From positions 97,596 through 161,595 of the forward strand of contig JAZQOL010000002.1 of the NCBI GenBank assembly GCA_045627845.1: a DNA stretch of 64,000 bases, written 5' to 3'. This DNA is from Lachnospiraceae bacterium. Its GTDB lineage: Bacteria > Bacillota > Clostridia > Lachnospirales > Lachnospiraceae. The translations under genes and the position numbers were made by a program. Positions within the stretch are counted from its first letter, which is position 1. The number at the start of each line of letters is the position of its first letter. A model generated the notes under the pieces. That model was not told where the DNA came from, ran no database searches, and was given only the letters and a program-made list of their open reading frames with translations. This document shows positions 9,316 through 20,295 of the stretch, one piece after another.

Positions 9316-10377
9316 ATGAAAAAATTCAAAATTGTTTATGCAATGCTTATTTTTCTTTTTGCATCATTCATTGCAGGTTGTGGCTCAAAGGAAAAACTTA
9401 CAATATATCTTCCTGGTGAATATATGAGCGAAGATTTGGTTCCCAATTTTGAAAAAATGTATAATTGCAAGGTTGATGTTGAGTTGTTTGAGTCAAATGA
9501 AATGATGTATACAAAGGTTATGGCCGGTGGTACGTATGACATACTGATTCCTTCAGACTATATGATTGAAAGACTTGTTAAGGAAGATTATTTACAGGAA
9601 CTTGATTTGTCCAGAATCAGTAATTTCAACAACGTAACGAAAGCATTAACGGATGCTCCTTATAATTCGTTTGACCCCGAGAATATGTATTCGGTTCCTT
9701 ATTTCTGGGGAAGTGTTGGAATCGTTTATAATTCTAAAAATGTAGATTATAATGATATCGTTAATGAAGAGTTTGAAATTTTCCGTGATACTAAATATGC
9801 CGGGAAAATATATATGTATGACAGTGAACGAGACATTTTTATGATGGCACTCAAATCATTGGGATATTCAATGAATACTAATAATGAAGCAGAAATCAAT
9901 GAAGCGTATGAATGGCTTGTAGATGTCAATAAGTCTATGAATCCAACAACAGTAATTGATGAAGTTATCGACGGAATGGCTCAGGGAAGAAAAGATATAG
10001 CTCTTGTTTACAGTGGTGATGCCGCATATATTTTATCAGAAAATGAAGATATGCGCTTTTATGCCCCTATGTGTGGGACAAATGTTTGGGTTGATGCAAT
10101 GGTAATTCCTAAAAATGCATCAAATCCGGATCTTGCATATAAATTTATAGATTATGTTATAAGCTATGATGCCTCTATGAGCAACACTGAGGAAGTAGGA
10201 TATGCCTCTGCTAATCAGGCAGTTTTGGACGAAGTAACTAAAGCTGGTGGCTTGTATGATGGAAATGAAGCATATTTGCCACGTACTGCTTATGAAAAAG
10301 ATGAGACTTTTAAAGATGATGAGTTTTTGAGAAAGAAATTATCAGAACTTTGGATAAAAGCTAAAGCAAGCAACTAA
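9316..10377 (+). CDS. potD: Polyamine ABC transporter substrate-binding lipoprotein
   Basis: Lipobox FIAGC, FESNEMMYTK, YDILIPSDYMIERL, YSVPYFWG, YSGDA, WVDAMVIP. Confidence 0.88.
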   Translation: MKKFKIVYAMLIFLFASFIAGCGSKEKLTIYLPGEYMSEDLVPNFEKMYNCKVDVELFESNEMMYTKVMAGGTYDILIPSDYMIERLVKEDYLQELDLSRISNFNNVTKALTDAPYNSFDPENMYSVPYFWGSVGIVYNSKNVDYNDIVNEEFEIFRDTKYAGKIYMYDSERDIFMMALKSLGYSMNTNNEAEINEAYEWLVDVNKSMNPTTVIDEVIDGMAQGRKDIALVYSGDAAYILSENEDMRFYAPMCGTNVWVDAMVIPKNASNPDLAYKFIDYVISYDASMSNTEEVGYASANQAVLDEVTKAGGLYDGNEAYLPRTAYEKDETFKDDEFLRKKLSELWIKAKASN

Positions 10378-10383
10378 TAAAAT

Positions 10384-10412
10384 AGCTCCTGTGAAATTCA
10401 CAGGAGCTTTTT
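10384..10412. terminator. Bidirectional intrinsic terminator between potD and the lactonase gene
   Basis: AGCTCCTGTGAA-A-TTCACAGGAGCT inverted repeat with A-run before and T-run after, between convergent genes. Confidence 0.85.
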
Positions 10413-10413
10413 A

Positions 10414-11463
10414 TTATTCATTCAATTTTTTAAATATAACACAATTTGGTTTCTCTACTTTCATAACAGGACCGTTCATAATTAAAGTTTTGTTTTCTGT
10501 GTCTACAGAGAAGAAAGATAATGTGTCAGACTCATGATTACACGAAACTAGGTGTTTGTTGTCAGGAAAAAGAGCTGCATCTTTTGGATATTCGCCACTT
10601 ATAGGTAAGCAAAAAAGTTTGCTAAGAGTACCATCTGACTGGATCTTATAAAGACACACACTGTTATCACCGGCATTCGATGCAGTTATAAACTTATAAT
10701 CAGCTGAAATATTTATTGAACTTGCCGCATTTCCTGATGCATGATAATCATTTAATGTCGGAATGGTTTGAATCTTCTCAAAAACCGGATTTCCGGGATT
10801 TTTGTTTTCGTATGTATAAACATCTATATAGTTTTTTAGTTCATGAATGATATAAAGATATTTGCCGTTTTTTGAAAACTTAAGATGTCTGGGCGCGGAT
10901 TCCTGTTCTGAACGAATAATATCACATAATTTTAATTTGCCGGTCCTTTTGTCAAGACTATATACATTAACATGATCCATCCCAAGGTCAGCTGCAAGAA
11001 GATACATGTTGTCTCTTGTCATTTTTACACAATTTACATGAGGAAAGAAATTTCTTTCTGAAACCGTTCCCATTCCTTTTAAATATATTTCTTCAGTTAT
11101 TTCTCCGATACAACCGTTTTCCTCAAGTTTAAGAGCAGTTATTTTCCCGTCATGATATCCTGCAACAAACAAAAATTTATCTTCATAATCGGTTGAAAGA
11201 TAACAACCTCGCATGCCGTTTATCGATTGCATATTAATAAATTTAAGACAACCGTCATTTGAGATTTCATAACTTTGCACACCTAAATCTGTTATTGAAT
11301 ATAAATATTTACCGTTATGCGAAATTGTCATATATGACGAGTTCGAAACGACAACTCGATCTTTCTCTGTGAAACGTCCTTTTTTTGTATCAACATCATA
11401 TATTGAAATACCATATTTATCGCTTTTGGTGTAGCTTGAAACGTATGCTACGTATTTGCTCAT
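10414..11463 (-). CDS. 6-phosphogluconolactonase-family beta-propeller (lactonase)
   Basis: SYMTISHNGKYLY, FLFVAGYHDG, PHVNCV, ADLGMD, APRHLKFS, YIIHEL, GEYPKD pattern of Pgl/YbhE. Confidence 0.85.
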   Translation of the reverse strand: MSKYVAYVSSYTKSDKYGISIYDVDTKKGRFTEKDRVVVSNSSYMTISHNGKYLYSITDLGVQSYEISNDGCLKFINMQSINGMRGCYLSTDYEDKFLFVAGYHDGKITALKLEENGCIGEITEEIYLKGMGTVSERNFFPHVNCVKMTRDNMYLLAADLGMDHVNVYSLDKRTGKLKLCDIIRSEQESAPRHLKFSKNGKYLYIIHELKNYIDVYTYENKNPGNPVFEKIQTIPTLNDYHASGNAASSINISADYKFITASNAGDNSVCLYKIQSDGTLSKLFCLPISGEYPKDAALFPDNKHLVSCNHESDTLSFFSVDTENKTLIMNGPVMKVEKPNCVIFKKLNE

Positions 11464-11646
11464 GAAAACTCCTTTTGCCTGACAATAAGGGCTTGTTATT
11501 TATTTTCTTAATTATAATAACATAACAGGAGTATTATACAAATTAAAAAGTAAAAAAAGAATGTAATTTTGGTTTCGTTGTGATATAGTTTTTATATAAT
11601 TGTTGGGATGAATAAATGGGGAAATGTTTATCTCGGAGTTTAAAAA

Positions 11647-12687
11647 TTGAAAAAGACGTTTAAAGAAAAAGCGATATCTAAAACAGCTCATATTTCAAAT
11701 AAATATAAAATATTAACTCCTTTTGCTTTTCTTATATTAAGTTTGGTTATAGGAGTTTTTAGTGTGCTTAAATATGTTTTTGAAAACAGTAAGAAGTACA
11801 TATCAATTGCTTTGATTTTCCTGTTTTTTATTATTAGTTCCAGTTTTGCGACTAAAGGGCAGGCTATGGAACGTGAGACATATTTGGATATTGGAAAAGA
11901 TATAATAATAGAGGACACTTTGGTTGCTCTTTCTGTAGGCGATACTAACGATATTTCTGATGAAACATATGACTATTCATTTTTAGTAATTTCAGATGAC
12001 TTATTCACTGAGGAAGAAGAAAGAGAACTCGAAAGCACAGAAAATCTTGATAAATTTACACTTGATGATTTTTATTCCATTAATGCTATTAAGAACTCTG
12101 AAGTAATTTCGAATGATAAAACCGAAAAAGATGAATGGTATCTTTTGCTGGTTAACAAGACCCATCCGGTTCCCGATGATTACGAAGTTAAGCTTACAAC
12201 ATTAAAAGGATCAATGAAATGCGATGAGCGTGTCCTTGAACCGCTTGGTAATATGCTTGATGCTGCGAACAAGGATAATGTTAATATTTATGTATGTTCG
12301 CCGTACAGAGATTTTCAAAGACAGGAAATGTTGTTTTTAAGACAGATTAATCGATATATGTCTTCCGGCAAATCTTATCTTGAAGCTTATAAAATTGCAT
12401 CAAGAGATGTAATTGTTCCGGGATGCAGTGAACATCAGTTAGGAATTGCTTTTGACATTGTCTCAGCTGATCATGCTGTTTTGGATGCCCGGTTTGGCAA
12501 TACCGAGGGTGGAAAATGGCTAAAAGAACACTGTGCTGAATATGGATTTATACTACGCTATCCTTTAGGAAAAGAAAACATTACAGGCATCGTCTATGAA
12601 CCCTGGCATTTTAGATATGTTGGAGTTGAAGCTGCAAAAGTAATTATGGGAAATGGTATTACTCTTGAAGAATATTTGGAGGAATAA
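11647..12687 (+). CDS. Membrane-anchored M15B D-Ala-D-Ala carboxypeptidase (VanY-like)
   Basis: LLLVNKTHP, SPYR, SEHQLGIAFD (SxHxxGxAxD), GFILRYP, YEPWHFRYVG; N-terminal hydrophobic segments; SD GGAG before TTG. Confidence 0.9.
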   Translation: MKKTFKEKAISKTAHISNKYKILTPFAFLILSLVIGVFSVLKYVFENSKKYISIALIFLFFIISSSFATKGQAMERETYLDIGKDIIIEDTLVALSVGDTNDISDETYDYSFLVISDDLFTEEEERELESTENLDKFTLDDFYSINAIKNSEVISNDKTEKDEWYLLLVNKTHPVPDDYEVKLTTLKGSMKCDERVLEPLGNMLDAANKDNVNIYVCSPYRDFQRQEMLFLRQINRYMSSGKSYLEAYKIASRDVIVPGCSEHQLGIAFDIVSADHAVLDARFGNTEGGKWLKEHCAEYGFILRYPLGKENITGIVYEPWHFRYVGVEAAKVIMGNGITLEEYLEE

Positions 12688-12689
12688 TA

Positions 12690-13829
12690 TTGAATTATAA
12701 AATTCTTAAGCAGGAAGGAAATGCAAAAAGAGCAGTATTTCATACTGTTCATGGCGACATTCAAACTCCTGTTTTTATGAACGTTGGAACTGTTGCTGCA
12801 ATTAAAGGTGCAGTTTCAACAATTGATCTTGAAGAGATTGGTTGTCAGGTCGAATTATCAAATACTTACCATCTTCATGTTCGTCCTTCGGACACTGTTA
12901 TTAAGGAACTTGGTGGTTTGCATAAATTTATGAACTGGTCGCGCCCGATTCTTACAGATTCAGGTGGTTTTCAAGTTTTTTCTCTGGCCGGTCTTCGAAA
13001 AATTAAAGAAGAAGGTGTTACTTTTCATTCTCATGTAGATGGACGAATTATTTTTATGGGACCTGAAGAAAGCATGCGTATTCAGTCAAATTTGGGATCT
13101 ACAATTGCTATGGCTTTTGATGAGTGCCCTTCAAGTGTTGCCGAAAGAAAATATGTTGAAGATTCTGTGGCAAGAACAACAAGATGGCTTGAAAGATGCA
13201 AACAGGAAATGGCCAGACTCAATTCTCTTGAAGATACTGTTAATAAAAGCCAATTATTGTTTGGAATAAATCAGGGTGCGATTTACGATGATATTCGAAT
13301 AGAACATGCTAAAAGAATTAGCGAAATGGACCTTGATGGTTATGCTGTCGGTGGCTTAGCTGTAGGCGAAACGCATGAGGAAATGTATCGCATTTTAGAG
13401 TCTACTGTTCCTTATCTTCCTAAAAACAAACCGACATATCTGATGGGTGTGGGTACGCCTGCAAATATTCTCGAAGGCGTTGAACGCGGAATAGACTTTT
13501 TTGATTGCGTATATCCTTCCAGAAACGGAAGACATGGACATTTATATACTAATCATGGAAAGATTAATCTTTTTAATGTTAAATATGAAAAAGATTCACG
13601 CCCTATTGAAGAAGGCTGTCAGTGTCCTGCCTGCCGTAATTATTCACGTGCTTATATCAGACATCTTTTAAAAGCGAAAGAAATGCTAGGAATGAGACTT
13701 TGTGTACTTCATAATTTGTATTTCTATAATAAGATGATGGAAGAAATAAGAGCTGCTCTTGACGCCGGAGATTTTGCGGGCTATAAGAAACATAAACTTG
13801 ACAGTATGCAAGAGGGTTTTGTAGAATAA
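12690..13829 (+). CDS. tgt: tRNA-guanine transglycosylase
   Basis: TPVFMNVGT, LSNTYHL, LTDSGGFQVFSL, GGLAVGE, YLMGVG, FDCVYP, CQCPAC...HN zinc site. Confidence 0.97.
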   Translation: MNYKILKQEGNAKRAVFHTVHGDIQTPVFMNVGTVAAIKGAVSTIDLEEIGCQVELSNTYHLHVRPSDTVIKELGGLHKFMNWSRPILTDSGGFQVFSLAGLRKIKEEGVTFHSHVDGRIIFMGPEESMRIQSNLGSTIAMAFDECPSSVAERKYVEDSVARTTRWLERCKQEMARLNSLEDTVNKSQLLFGINQGAIYDDIRIEHAKRISEMDLDGYAVGGLAVGETHEEMYRILESTVPYLPKNKPTYLMGVGTPANILEGVERGIDFFDCVYPSRNGRHGHLYTNHGKINLFNVKYEKDSRPIEEGCQCPACRNYSRAYIRHLLKAKEMLGMRLCVLHNLYFYNKMMEEIRAALDAGDFAGYKKHKLDSMQEGFVE

Positions 13830-13858
13830 TTTTGTTATAAATGTTATGGAGGTAATAT

Positions 13859-14179
13859 ATGTTAGTTTTACTTGATACAGCAACAACCGGTGCTGAAGCA
13901 GCACCTGCCGCAAGCATGATTTCGATGGTTTTATCTTTTGTAGTTTTGGGTGTTTTCTTTTATTTTGTTATAATAAGACCTCAGAAGAAAGAACAAAAGA
14001 GAATGAGTGCAATGCTTTCTACTCTTGAGATTGGTGATTGTATTCTTACTAACAGCGGTTTTTATGGCGTCGTTATTGATATTACTGATGATACTGTTAT
14101 TGTTGAGTTTGGTAATAATAAAAATTGTCGTATTCCGATGACGAAGAACGCGATTGCTCAAGTTGAAAAAGCTGAATGA
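13859..14179 (+). CDS. yajC: Preprotein translocase subunit YajC
   Basis: Single TM followed by IRPQKK, L..GD.ILT.SG.YG.V; follows tgt. Confidence 0.92.
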   Translation: MLVLLDTATTGAEAAPAASMISMVLSFVVLGVFFYFVIIRPQKKEQKRMSAMLSTLEIGDCILTNSGFYGVVIDITDDTVIVEFGNNKNCRIPMTKNAIAQVEKAE

Positions 14180-14182
14180 TTT

Positions 14183-14212
14183 AAAGCCCTTGCGGATTCG
14201 CAAGGGCTTTTT
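14183..14212 (+). terminator. Intrinsic terminator after yajC
   Basis: AAAGCCCTTGCG-GATT-CGCAAGGGCTTT followed by TT. Confidence 0.9.
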
Positions 14213-14353
14213 GTTATATTTTTGGTATCTTTTATTTTATTGTGAAATTATTGTTGAAATTTATCGGATAATATAATAATATTGATTTCATACTGTACTA
14301 CGTTAAAATCTTAAATTAGCTATGTCGTATAATACAATTTTTGGAGGTAAGGT

Positions 14354-15436
14354 ATGGTTTGTAATATTACTTGTATTCCCGGTGACGGAATTGGCCCTGA
14401 AATTGTTGCTCAGGCAAAAAAGGTTCTTGATTGTGTTTCAAAGAAATTCAATCATTCTTTTCAATATAAAGATATACTTATGGGTGGAGCTTCTATAGAT
14501 GTTCATGGAGTACCGCTTACCGATGAAGCTATAAAAGATGCTAAGTCAGCAGATGCTGTTCTTATGGGATCAATCGGTGGTGATGCAAATACTTCGTCGT
14601 GGTATAAACTTGAGCCATCAAAAAGACCGGAAGCAGGTCTTCTTAAAATAAGAAAAGAATTGGGACTGTTTGCAAATTTACGTCCTGCATTACTCTATAA
14701 AGAATTATCCGATGCTTGTGTTCTGAAAAAAGAAACAAGCGAAAATGGTTTTGACTTGATTATAGTAAGAGAGTTAACCGGTGGTTTATATTTTGGTAAA
14801 AGGCAAACAGTCGTAGAAAATGGAATAAGAGTTGCGACTGATACACTTACATACTCTGAGGAAGAAATTAGAAGGATTGCTATTAAGGCATTTGAAATTG
14901 CATCCAAAAGAAGAAAAAAAGTCACAAGTGTTGATAAAGCAAATGTACTGGATTCTTCAAGATTGTGGAGGGCTGTGGTTAATGAGGTTGCCTTAGACTA
15001 TCCCGATATTACACTTGAACATATGCTGGTAGACAATTGCGCGATGCAACTTGTTAAAAATCCTGCGCAATTTGATGTAATTTTAACAGAAAACATGTTT
15101 GGAGATATTCTTTCTGATGAAGCAAGTATGATTACAGGTTCAATTGGCATGTTATCAAGTGCCAGTCTTAATGAAACGAAGTTCGGCCTTTATGAGCCAA
15201 GTCATGGTTCTGCACCTGATATTGCAGGAAAAGATATTGCTAATCCAATCGCAACAGTTCTTTCTGCTGCAATGATGCTTAGATTTACTTTTGACATGCA
15301 AGATGAAGCAGATGCAATAGAGATTGCTGTTCAAAAAGTTTTGTCGGAAGGTTACAGAACTGTTGATATTTATACTGATGGCATGAAGAAAGTCGGATGC
15401 AGCGAAATGGGTTCACTTATAGCTGAAAGAATTTAG
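14354..15436 (+). CDS. leuB: 3-isopropylmalate dehydrogenase
   Basis: [61 protein letters not shown]. Confidence 0.97.
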   Translation: MVCNITCIPGDGIGPEIVAQAKKVLDCVSKKFNHSFQYKDILMGGASIDVHGVPLTDEAIKDAKSADAVLMGSIGGDANTSSWYKLEPSKRPEAGLLKIRKELGLFANLRPALLYKELSDACVLKKETSENGFDLIIVRELTGGLYFGKRQTVVENGIRVATDTLTYSEEEIRRIAIKAFEIASKRRKKVTSVDKANVLDSSRLWRAVVNEVALDYPDITLEHMLVDNCAMQLVKNPAQFDVILTENMFGDILSDEASMITGSIGMLSSASLNETKFGLYEPSHGSAPDIAGKDIANPIATVLSAAMMLRFTFDMQDEADAIEIAVQKVLSEGYRTVDIYTDGMKKVGCSEMGSLIAERI

Positions 15437-15447
15437 GAGGAAATATA

Positions 15448-17121
15448 ATGAGAAGTGATAATGTTAAATGTGGAAACAGTCAGGCTCCGCACAGAAGCCT
15501 TTTTAATGCATTGGGATACACAGAAGAAGAACGCAAAAAACCTATGATTGGTATTGTTTCTTCATACAATGAGATAGTACCGGGTCATATGAATCTTGAT
15601 AAAATTGTTGATGCTGTAAAAATGGGTGTTGCAATGGCCGGAGGTATGCCGGTTGTATTTCCTGCAATTGCTGTTTGCGATGGTATTGCTATGGGTCATG
15701 TCGGCATGAAGTATTCTCTTGTCACAAGAGATTTGATTGCTGATTCCACTGAGTGCATGGCTATGGCTCATCAGTTTGACGGACTGGTTATGGTTCCTAA
15801 CTGCGATAAAAATGTGCCGGGGCTTCTTATGGCAGCTGCGCGTTTGAATATTCCTACAATATTTGTTTCAGGTGGTCCTATGTTGGCCGGTCATGTTAAG
15901 GGCGAGAAAAAGAGCCTTTCTGCTATGTTTGAAGCGGTCGGTGCTGTTGCTGCCAACAAGATGACAATGGAAGAATTATGCGAATTTGAAGAGAAAGTAT
16001 GCCCAACATGTGGCTCCTGTTCAGGTATGTATACAGCCAATTCCATGAATTGCCTTACTGAGGCTCTTGGAATGGGACTTAGAGGTAATGGTACTATACC
16101 GGCTGTTTATAGTGAAAGAATTCGTCTTGCAAAGCATGCCGGAATGAAGATTATGGAACTTGTCGAAAAGAATATTTGTCCGAGAGATATTATGACTGAA
16201 GCCGCTTTTATGAACGCGCTTACAACTGATATGGCTCTTGGATGCTCTACGAATTCTATGCTTCATCTTCCTGCGATTGCTCATGAGGCCGGAGTAACAT
16301 TAAATCTTGAAATTGCCAATGAACTTTCATCAAAGACACCTAATCTTTGCCATCTTGCACCGGCGGGTCCTACTTATATGGAGGACTTAAATGAAGCCGG
16401 TGGTGTATATGCTGTTCTTAAAGAACTTACAAAAAAGAATCTTCTCAATCTTGATGTTATGACCGTAACGGGCAAGACAATGGGAGAAAACATCGAGAAT
16501 GCGATTAATCTTAACCCTGAAGTTATTCGTACAGCTGAAAATCCTTATTCGACAACCGGAGGAATCGCTGTTCTTAAAGGAAATCTTGCTCCTGATGGAT
16601 CTGTTGTTAAGCGTTCTGCAGTTGTGCCTGAAATGCTTGAACATACAGGCCCTGCACGTGTATTTGATTGCGAGGAAGACGCTATCGCAGCAATAAAAGG
16701 CGGTAATATTGTTGCTGGTGATGTTGTTGTTATTCGCTATGAAGGACCTAAAGGCGGCCCCGGAATGAGAGAAATGCTAAACCCTACATCTGCAATTGCA
16801 GGTATGGGATTGGGAGCTTCGGTTGCGCTTATTACAGATGGTAGATTCTCTGGAGCTTCGAGAGGTGCTTCTATAGGTCATGTATCTCCTGAAGCGGCTG
16901 AGGGTGGTCCGATTGCCTTTGTAAATGATGGAGATATGATTCATATAGATATTAATAATAATCTTATTGAACTATTGGTTGAAGATTCTGTATTGGAAGA
17001 AAGAAAGAAGAATTTCACTTTAAAACTTCGTGAGATTAAAACCGGTTATTTGTCCCGTTATCGCGAATTAGTTACGAGTGCTTCAACCGGAGCTATTTTA
17101 AAAGTTCCCGGAAAAGAATAA
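15448..17121 (+). CDS. ilvD: Dihydroxy-acid dehydratase
   Basis: [62 protein letters not shown]. Confidence 0.97.
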   Translation: MRSDNVKCGNSQAPHRSLFNALGYTEEERKKPMIGIVSSYNEIVPGHMNLDKIVDAVKMGVAMAGGMPVVFPAIAVCDGIAMGHVGMKYSLVTRDLIADSTECMAMAHQFDGLVMVPNCDKNVPGLLMAAARLNIPTIFVSGGPMLAGHVKGEKKSLSAMFEAVGAVAANKMTMEELCEFEEKVCPTCGSCSGMYTANSMNCLTEALGMGLRGNGTIPAVYSERIRLAKHAGMKIMELVEKNICPRDIMTEAAFMNALTTDMALGCSTNSMLHLPAIAHEAGVTLNLEIANELSSKTPNLCHLAPAGPTYMEDLNEAGGVYAVLKELTKKNLLNLDVMTVTGKTMGENIENAINLNPEVIRTAENPYSTTGGIAVLKGNLAPDGSVVKRSAVVPEMLEHTGPARVFDCEEDAIAAIKGGNIVAGDVVVIRYEGPKGGPGMREMLNPTSAIAGMGLGASVALITDGRFSGASRGASIGHVSPEAAEGGPIAFVNDGDMIHIDINNNLIELLVEDSVLEERKKNFTLKLREIKTGYLSRYRELVTSASTGAILKVPGKE

Positions 17122-17135
17122 TAAAGGAGTATTAT

Positions 17136-18809
17136 ATGCAGTTATCTGGTGCTGAAATTGTTGTTGAATGTTTAAAAGAGCAGGGAGTTGATACTGTTTT
17201 TGGCTATCCCGGAGGAACAATTCTAAATATTTATGATGCTTTATATTCTCATAGTGAGATTTGTCATATTTTAACCAGCCATGAGCAGGGTGCTTCTCAC
17301 GCTGCTGACGGATATGCAAGATCAACCGGTAAAGTAGGTGTTTGCATGGCTACGTCCGGACCGGGTGCAACTAATCTTGTTACGGGTATTGCGACCGCTT
17401 ATATGGATTCAGTTCCTATGGTTGCTATTACTTGTAATGTTGTTTTACCCTGGCTTGGGAAAGATACCTTTCAGGAAGTTGATATTGCCGGTGTTACTAT
17501 GCCAATTACAAAACATGGCTATATAGTTAAAGACGTTAAAGATCTTGCTGAGACAATTCGTAAAGCCTTTCACATTGCTAAAAGTGGTCGTCCGGGTCCG
17601 GTCCTTGTTGATATTACTAAAGATGTAACTGCAGCAAAATGTGAGTATATTAAAGAAACACCCAAGCCTATAGAACGCAAGAATTCTTTTTCGGATGATG
17701 ATATTAATAAAGTTATTAAACTTATTCAAGCATCAAAAAAGCCTTTTATCTATGTAGGTGGAGGAGCAATTTTGAGCGATGCTACCGAAGAAGTACGTAA
17801 ATTTGCTGAACTTGTTGATGCACCTGTTTGCGATACATTAATGGGAAAGGGTGCATTTGACGGATACAATAATCGTTATACGGGTATGATTGGAATGCAT
17901 GGTACAAAAGCATCTAATCTTGGCGTTAGTGAATGCGATTTGCTTGTTGCTTTAGGCGCAAGATTTTCTGACCGTGTAGTTGGTAATGTTAAGACATTTG
18001 CTTCTAAAGCCAAAGTGATTCATTTTGATATAGATGCTGCTGAAATTGATAAAAACATCAAGACAAAAGCAAGTGTTGTCGGTAATTTAAAAGATGCTCT
18101 TATTGCTGTTAATGAGAAACTTGATAAGCAGGATCATTCAGAGTGGATGAACCATATTTTTGAGTTGAAAGAAAAATATCCATTGGGCTACAATAAAGAG
18201 TCACTTACGTGTCCTTTTGTTATGGAAGAAATTGACCGAATCACTAAAGGAGATGCAATTATTACTACTGATGTTGGACAACATCAGATATGGGCTTCAC
18301 AATACTATCGTTATACGAAGCCCCGTACTTTCCTTTCTTCAGGTGGCCTTGGTACAATGGGATATGGTCTTGGTGCCTGCATCGGAGCCAAAGTAGGTAA
18401 TCCTGATAAGATATGCATTAACATTGCCGGTGATGGCTGCTTTAGAATGAATATGAATGAGATGGCAACCGCTTCAAGATTCGATATTCCAATTATTCAA
18501 GTTGTTATCAATAACCATGTATTGGGAATGGTAAGACAATGGCAGACTTTGTTTTATGAAGGCCGTTATTCTCAAACCGTTCTTAATGATAAGGTTGATT
18601 TTTGTAAAGTATCCGAAGGCCTTGGATGCGATGCTTACAAAGTTGAAAGAAAAGAAGACTTTGCCTCGGTTTTGGAAAAAGCTATTGCGAATAATCGTCC
18701 TTGTCTTATTGAATGTATAATTCACGAAGACGATAAAGTATTTCCGATGGTTCCGGGTGGATCGCCTTTAAGTGATGTGTTTGATGAAAAAGATTATGAG
18801 AAAAGATGA
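17136..18809 (+). CDS. ilvB: Acetolactate synthase large subunit (copy 1)
   Basis: FGYPGG, HEQGASHAADGYAR, TSGPGATN, RPGPV, DVGQHQ, SGGLGTMGYG, GDG...NN ThDP motif. Confidence 0.95.
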   Translation: MQLSGAEIVVECLKEQGVDTVFGYPGGTILNIYDALYSHSEICHILTSHEQGASHAADGYARSTGKVGVCMATSGPGATNLVTGIATAYMDSVPMVAITCNVVLPWLGKDTFQEVDIAGVTMPITKHGYIVKDVKDLAETIRKAFHIAKSGRPGPVLVDITKDVTAAKCEYIKETPKPIERKNSFSDDDINKVIKLIQASKKPFIYVGGGAILSDATEEVRKFAELVDAPVCDTLMGKGAFDGYNNRYTGMIGMHGTKASNLGVSECDLLVALGARFSDRVVGNVKTFASKAKVIHFDIDAAEIDKNIKTKASVVGNLKDALIAVNEKLDKQDHSEWMNHIFELKEKYPLGYNKESLTCPFVMEEIDRITKGDAIITTDVGQHQIWASQYYRYTKPRTFLSSGGLGTMGYGLGACIGAKVGNPDKICINIAGDGCFRMNMNEMATASRFDIPIIQVVINNHVLGMVRQWQTLFYEGRYSQTVLNDKVDFCKVSEGLGCDAYKVERKEDFASVLEKAIANNRPCLIECIIHEDDKVFPMVPGGSPLSDVFDEKDYEKR

Positions 18810-20212
18810 TTAAAAATATAGCAGTCAGACGTTTTATAAAGTTTTTTCTTCTGCTTATAGCTTCAATAATTTTTATATTGCTATTTTTATATTTTTTTAT
18901 ATGCATCTATTATAAGAATAGATTTTCTTATAATACTTGGATTAATGATTACTATTGTAGCGGTAAGACAGTTAATCAAATTAATGAGTTACTTTTAAGC
19001 AAAAAAAATAGCGATGCCATTATTATTAAGTCATCATATTATCCTGATGAAACGTTGTATTTATCTGATTTTGATTGCTCATTTTCTTATCACGATAAAT
19101 TGAAGAATATTATTGAAAAACAACGTATCTATTTATGGCCTTTAAATAAATCAGACAACGTTATTGTACCTTCTGCTTCTTTTGATAGAAATAAACTCTC
19201 TGACTTGATTATGGATATGTCGTTTGTTAAGATTTCTTTTTCAAATGATGAAGCTGATATATTGTATGATGAAACCACAGGTTATTATTTCAATGAAAAT
19301 CTGGTTAATCATGTTGATGTTGATGATTTGATTGCATATATTTCCGATAATCTTTGCTTTGAAAGCACTATAAATTTGCCGGATTCGTTTTTTTATTATG
19401 ATGATATATCTTCTGAAATAGAAGAAAAACGTGCTGTCTGGGATGAGGTAAATGATTTTCTTGATACTAAGATATATTTTGATATGGGAGATGAGATTAT
19501 ACCCATTGATAGTAGTATACTAAGTACGTTCCTTGTTCGCGATTTTTCATCTGGCGGTTTTTCAAAAACCGAAGATGGCCGATTTTATATTAGTGAATTG
19601 GCTGTTTCTGCTTTTATTGATAAGCTATGTGATAAATATGATACATATAAATTACCAAGAGTATTTATTACACATCTTGGTGATGAAAAATATATAGAAA
19701 CTTCAGTATATGGTACATTGATTGATCGCGAAAGTGAAAAAGAATATTTATATAATGCCTTAATTAATTCTAACGCAGAGATTCACACCCCAAAGTATTT
19801 GGTTGAGCCGTTTTCAAGAGGTATTAATGATATAGGTGAAACTTTGGTAGAAGTCGATATGACAAAACAGGTATTATATTATATTTGTGATGGGGAAGTT
19901 ATTCTTACTTGTGATATTGTGACGGGTTTACCTAATGGTAATTATGATACGCCGGAAATGATTGCTTGTCTTAATAAAAAAGTTAGGTCAAAATATTTGA
20001 GAGGCCCGGGATATGTATCATATGTCGATTATTGGATGCCTATATATAATGAAAAAGCTATTGGCCTTCATGACGCCAGCTGGCAAAAACAGTTCGGAGG
20101 AAATCGTTATCTTACTAATGGTTCCAAAGGATGCATAAATATGCGCCTTGAAGATGCGAAAACATTATTTGATGCTATAGAAATTGGGACTCCGGTAATT
20201 GTTTATAAATAA
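18806..20212 (+). CDS. L,D-transpeptidase (YkuD domain) with N-terminal TM and peptidoglycan-binding region
   Basis: N-terminal TM; VEVDMTKQ, CDIVTG, TP, YWMP, IGLHDASWQ...GSKGCINM. Confidence 0.88.
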   Translation: MIKNIAVRRFIKFFLLLIASIIFILLFLYFFICIYYKNRFSYNTWINDYYCSGKTVNQINELLLSKKNSDAIIIKSSYYPDETLYLSDFDCSFSYHDKLKNIIEKQRIYLWPLNKSDNVIVPSASFDRNKLSDLIMDMSFVKISFSNDEADILYDETTGYYFNENLVNHVDVDDLIAYISDNLCFESTINLPDSFFYYDDISSEIEEKRAVWDEVNDFLDTKIYFDMGDEIIPIDSSILSTFLVRDFSSGGFSKTEDGRFYISELAVSAFIDKLCDKYDTYKLPRVFITHLGDEKYIETSVYGTLIDRESEKEYLYNALINSNAEIHTPKYLVEPFSRGINDIGETLVEVDMTKQVLYYICDGEVILTCDIVTGLPNGNYDTPEMIACLNKKVRSKYLRGPGYVSYVDYWMPIYNEKAIGLHDASWQKQFGGNRYLTNGSKGCINMRLEDAKTLFDAIEIGTPVIVYK

Positions 20213-20235
20213 TTACGTATAAATATACTTTTTGT

Positions 20236-20264
20236 TTGACATTAAATTATCATAAGCGTATAGT
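20236..20264 (+). promoter_or_regulatory. Sigma-70/SigA-type promoter for serC
   Basis: TTGACA (20236-20241), 17 bp spacer, TATAGT (20259-20264). Confidence 0.75.
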
Positions 20265-20295
20265 ACATATTAAATATTTTCAGGAGGAAGAAAAA

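Noticed and set aside
10388-10404. TGTGAAATTCACA as a Rex/CRP-like operator
   Set aside because: It is the stem of a bidirectional terminator between convergent genes, not a promoter region.
11647-12687. VanY-like gene as vancomycin resistance
   Set aside because: No vanH/A/X/R/S nearby; M15B carboxypeptidases are ordinary cell-wall enzymes.
12690-14179. tgt-yajC lacking queA and secDF
   Set aside because: Partial versions of this cluster are common in Clostridia; one window cannot show genome-wide absence.
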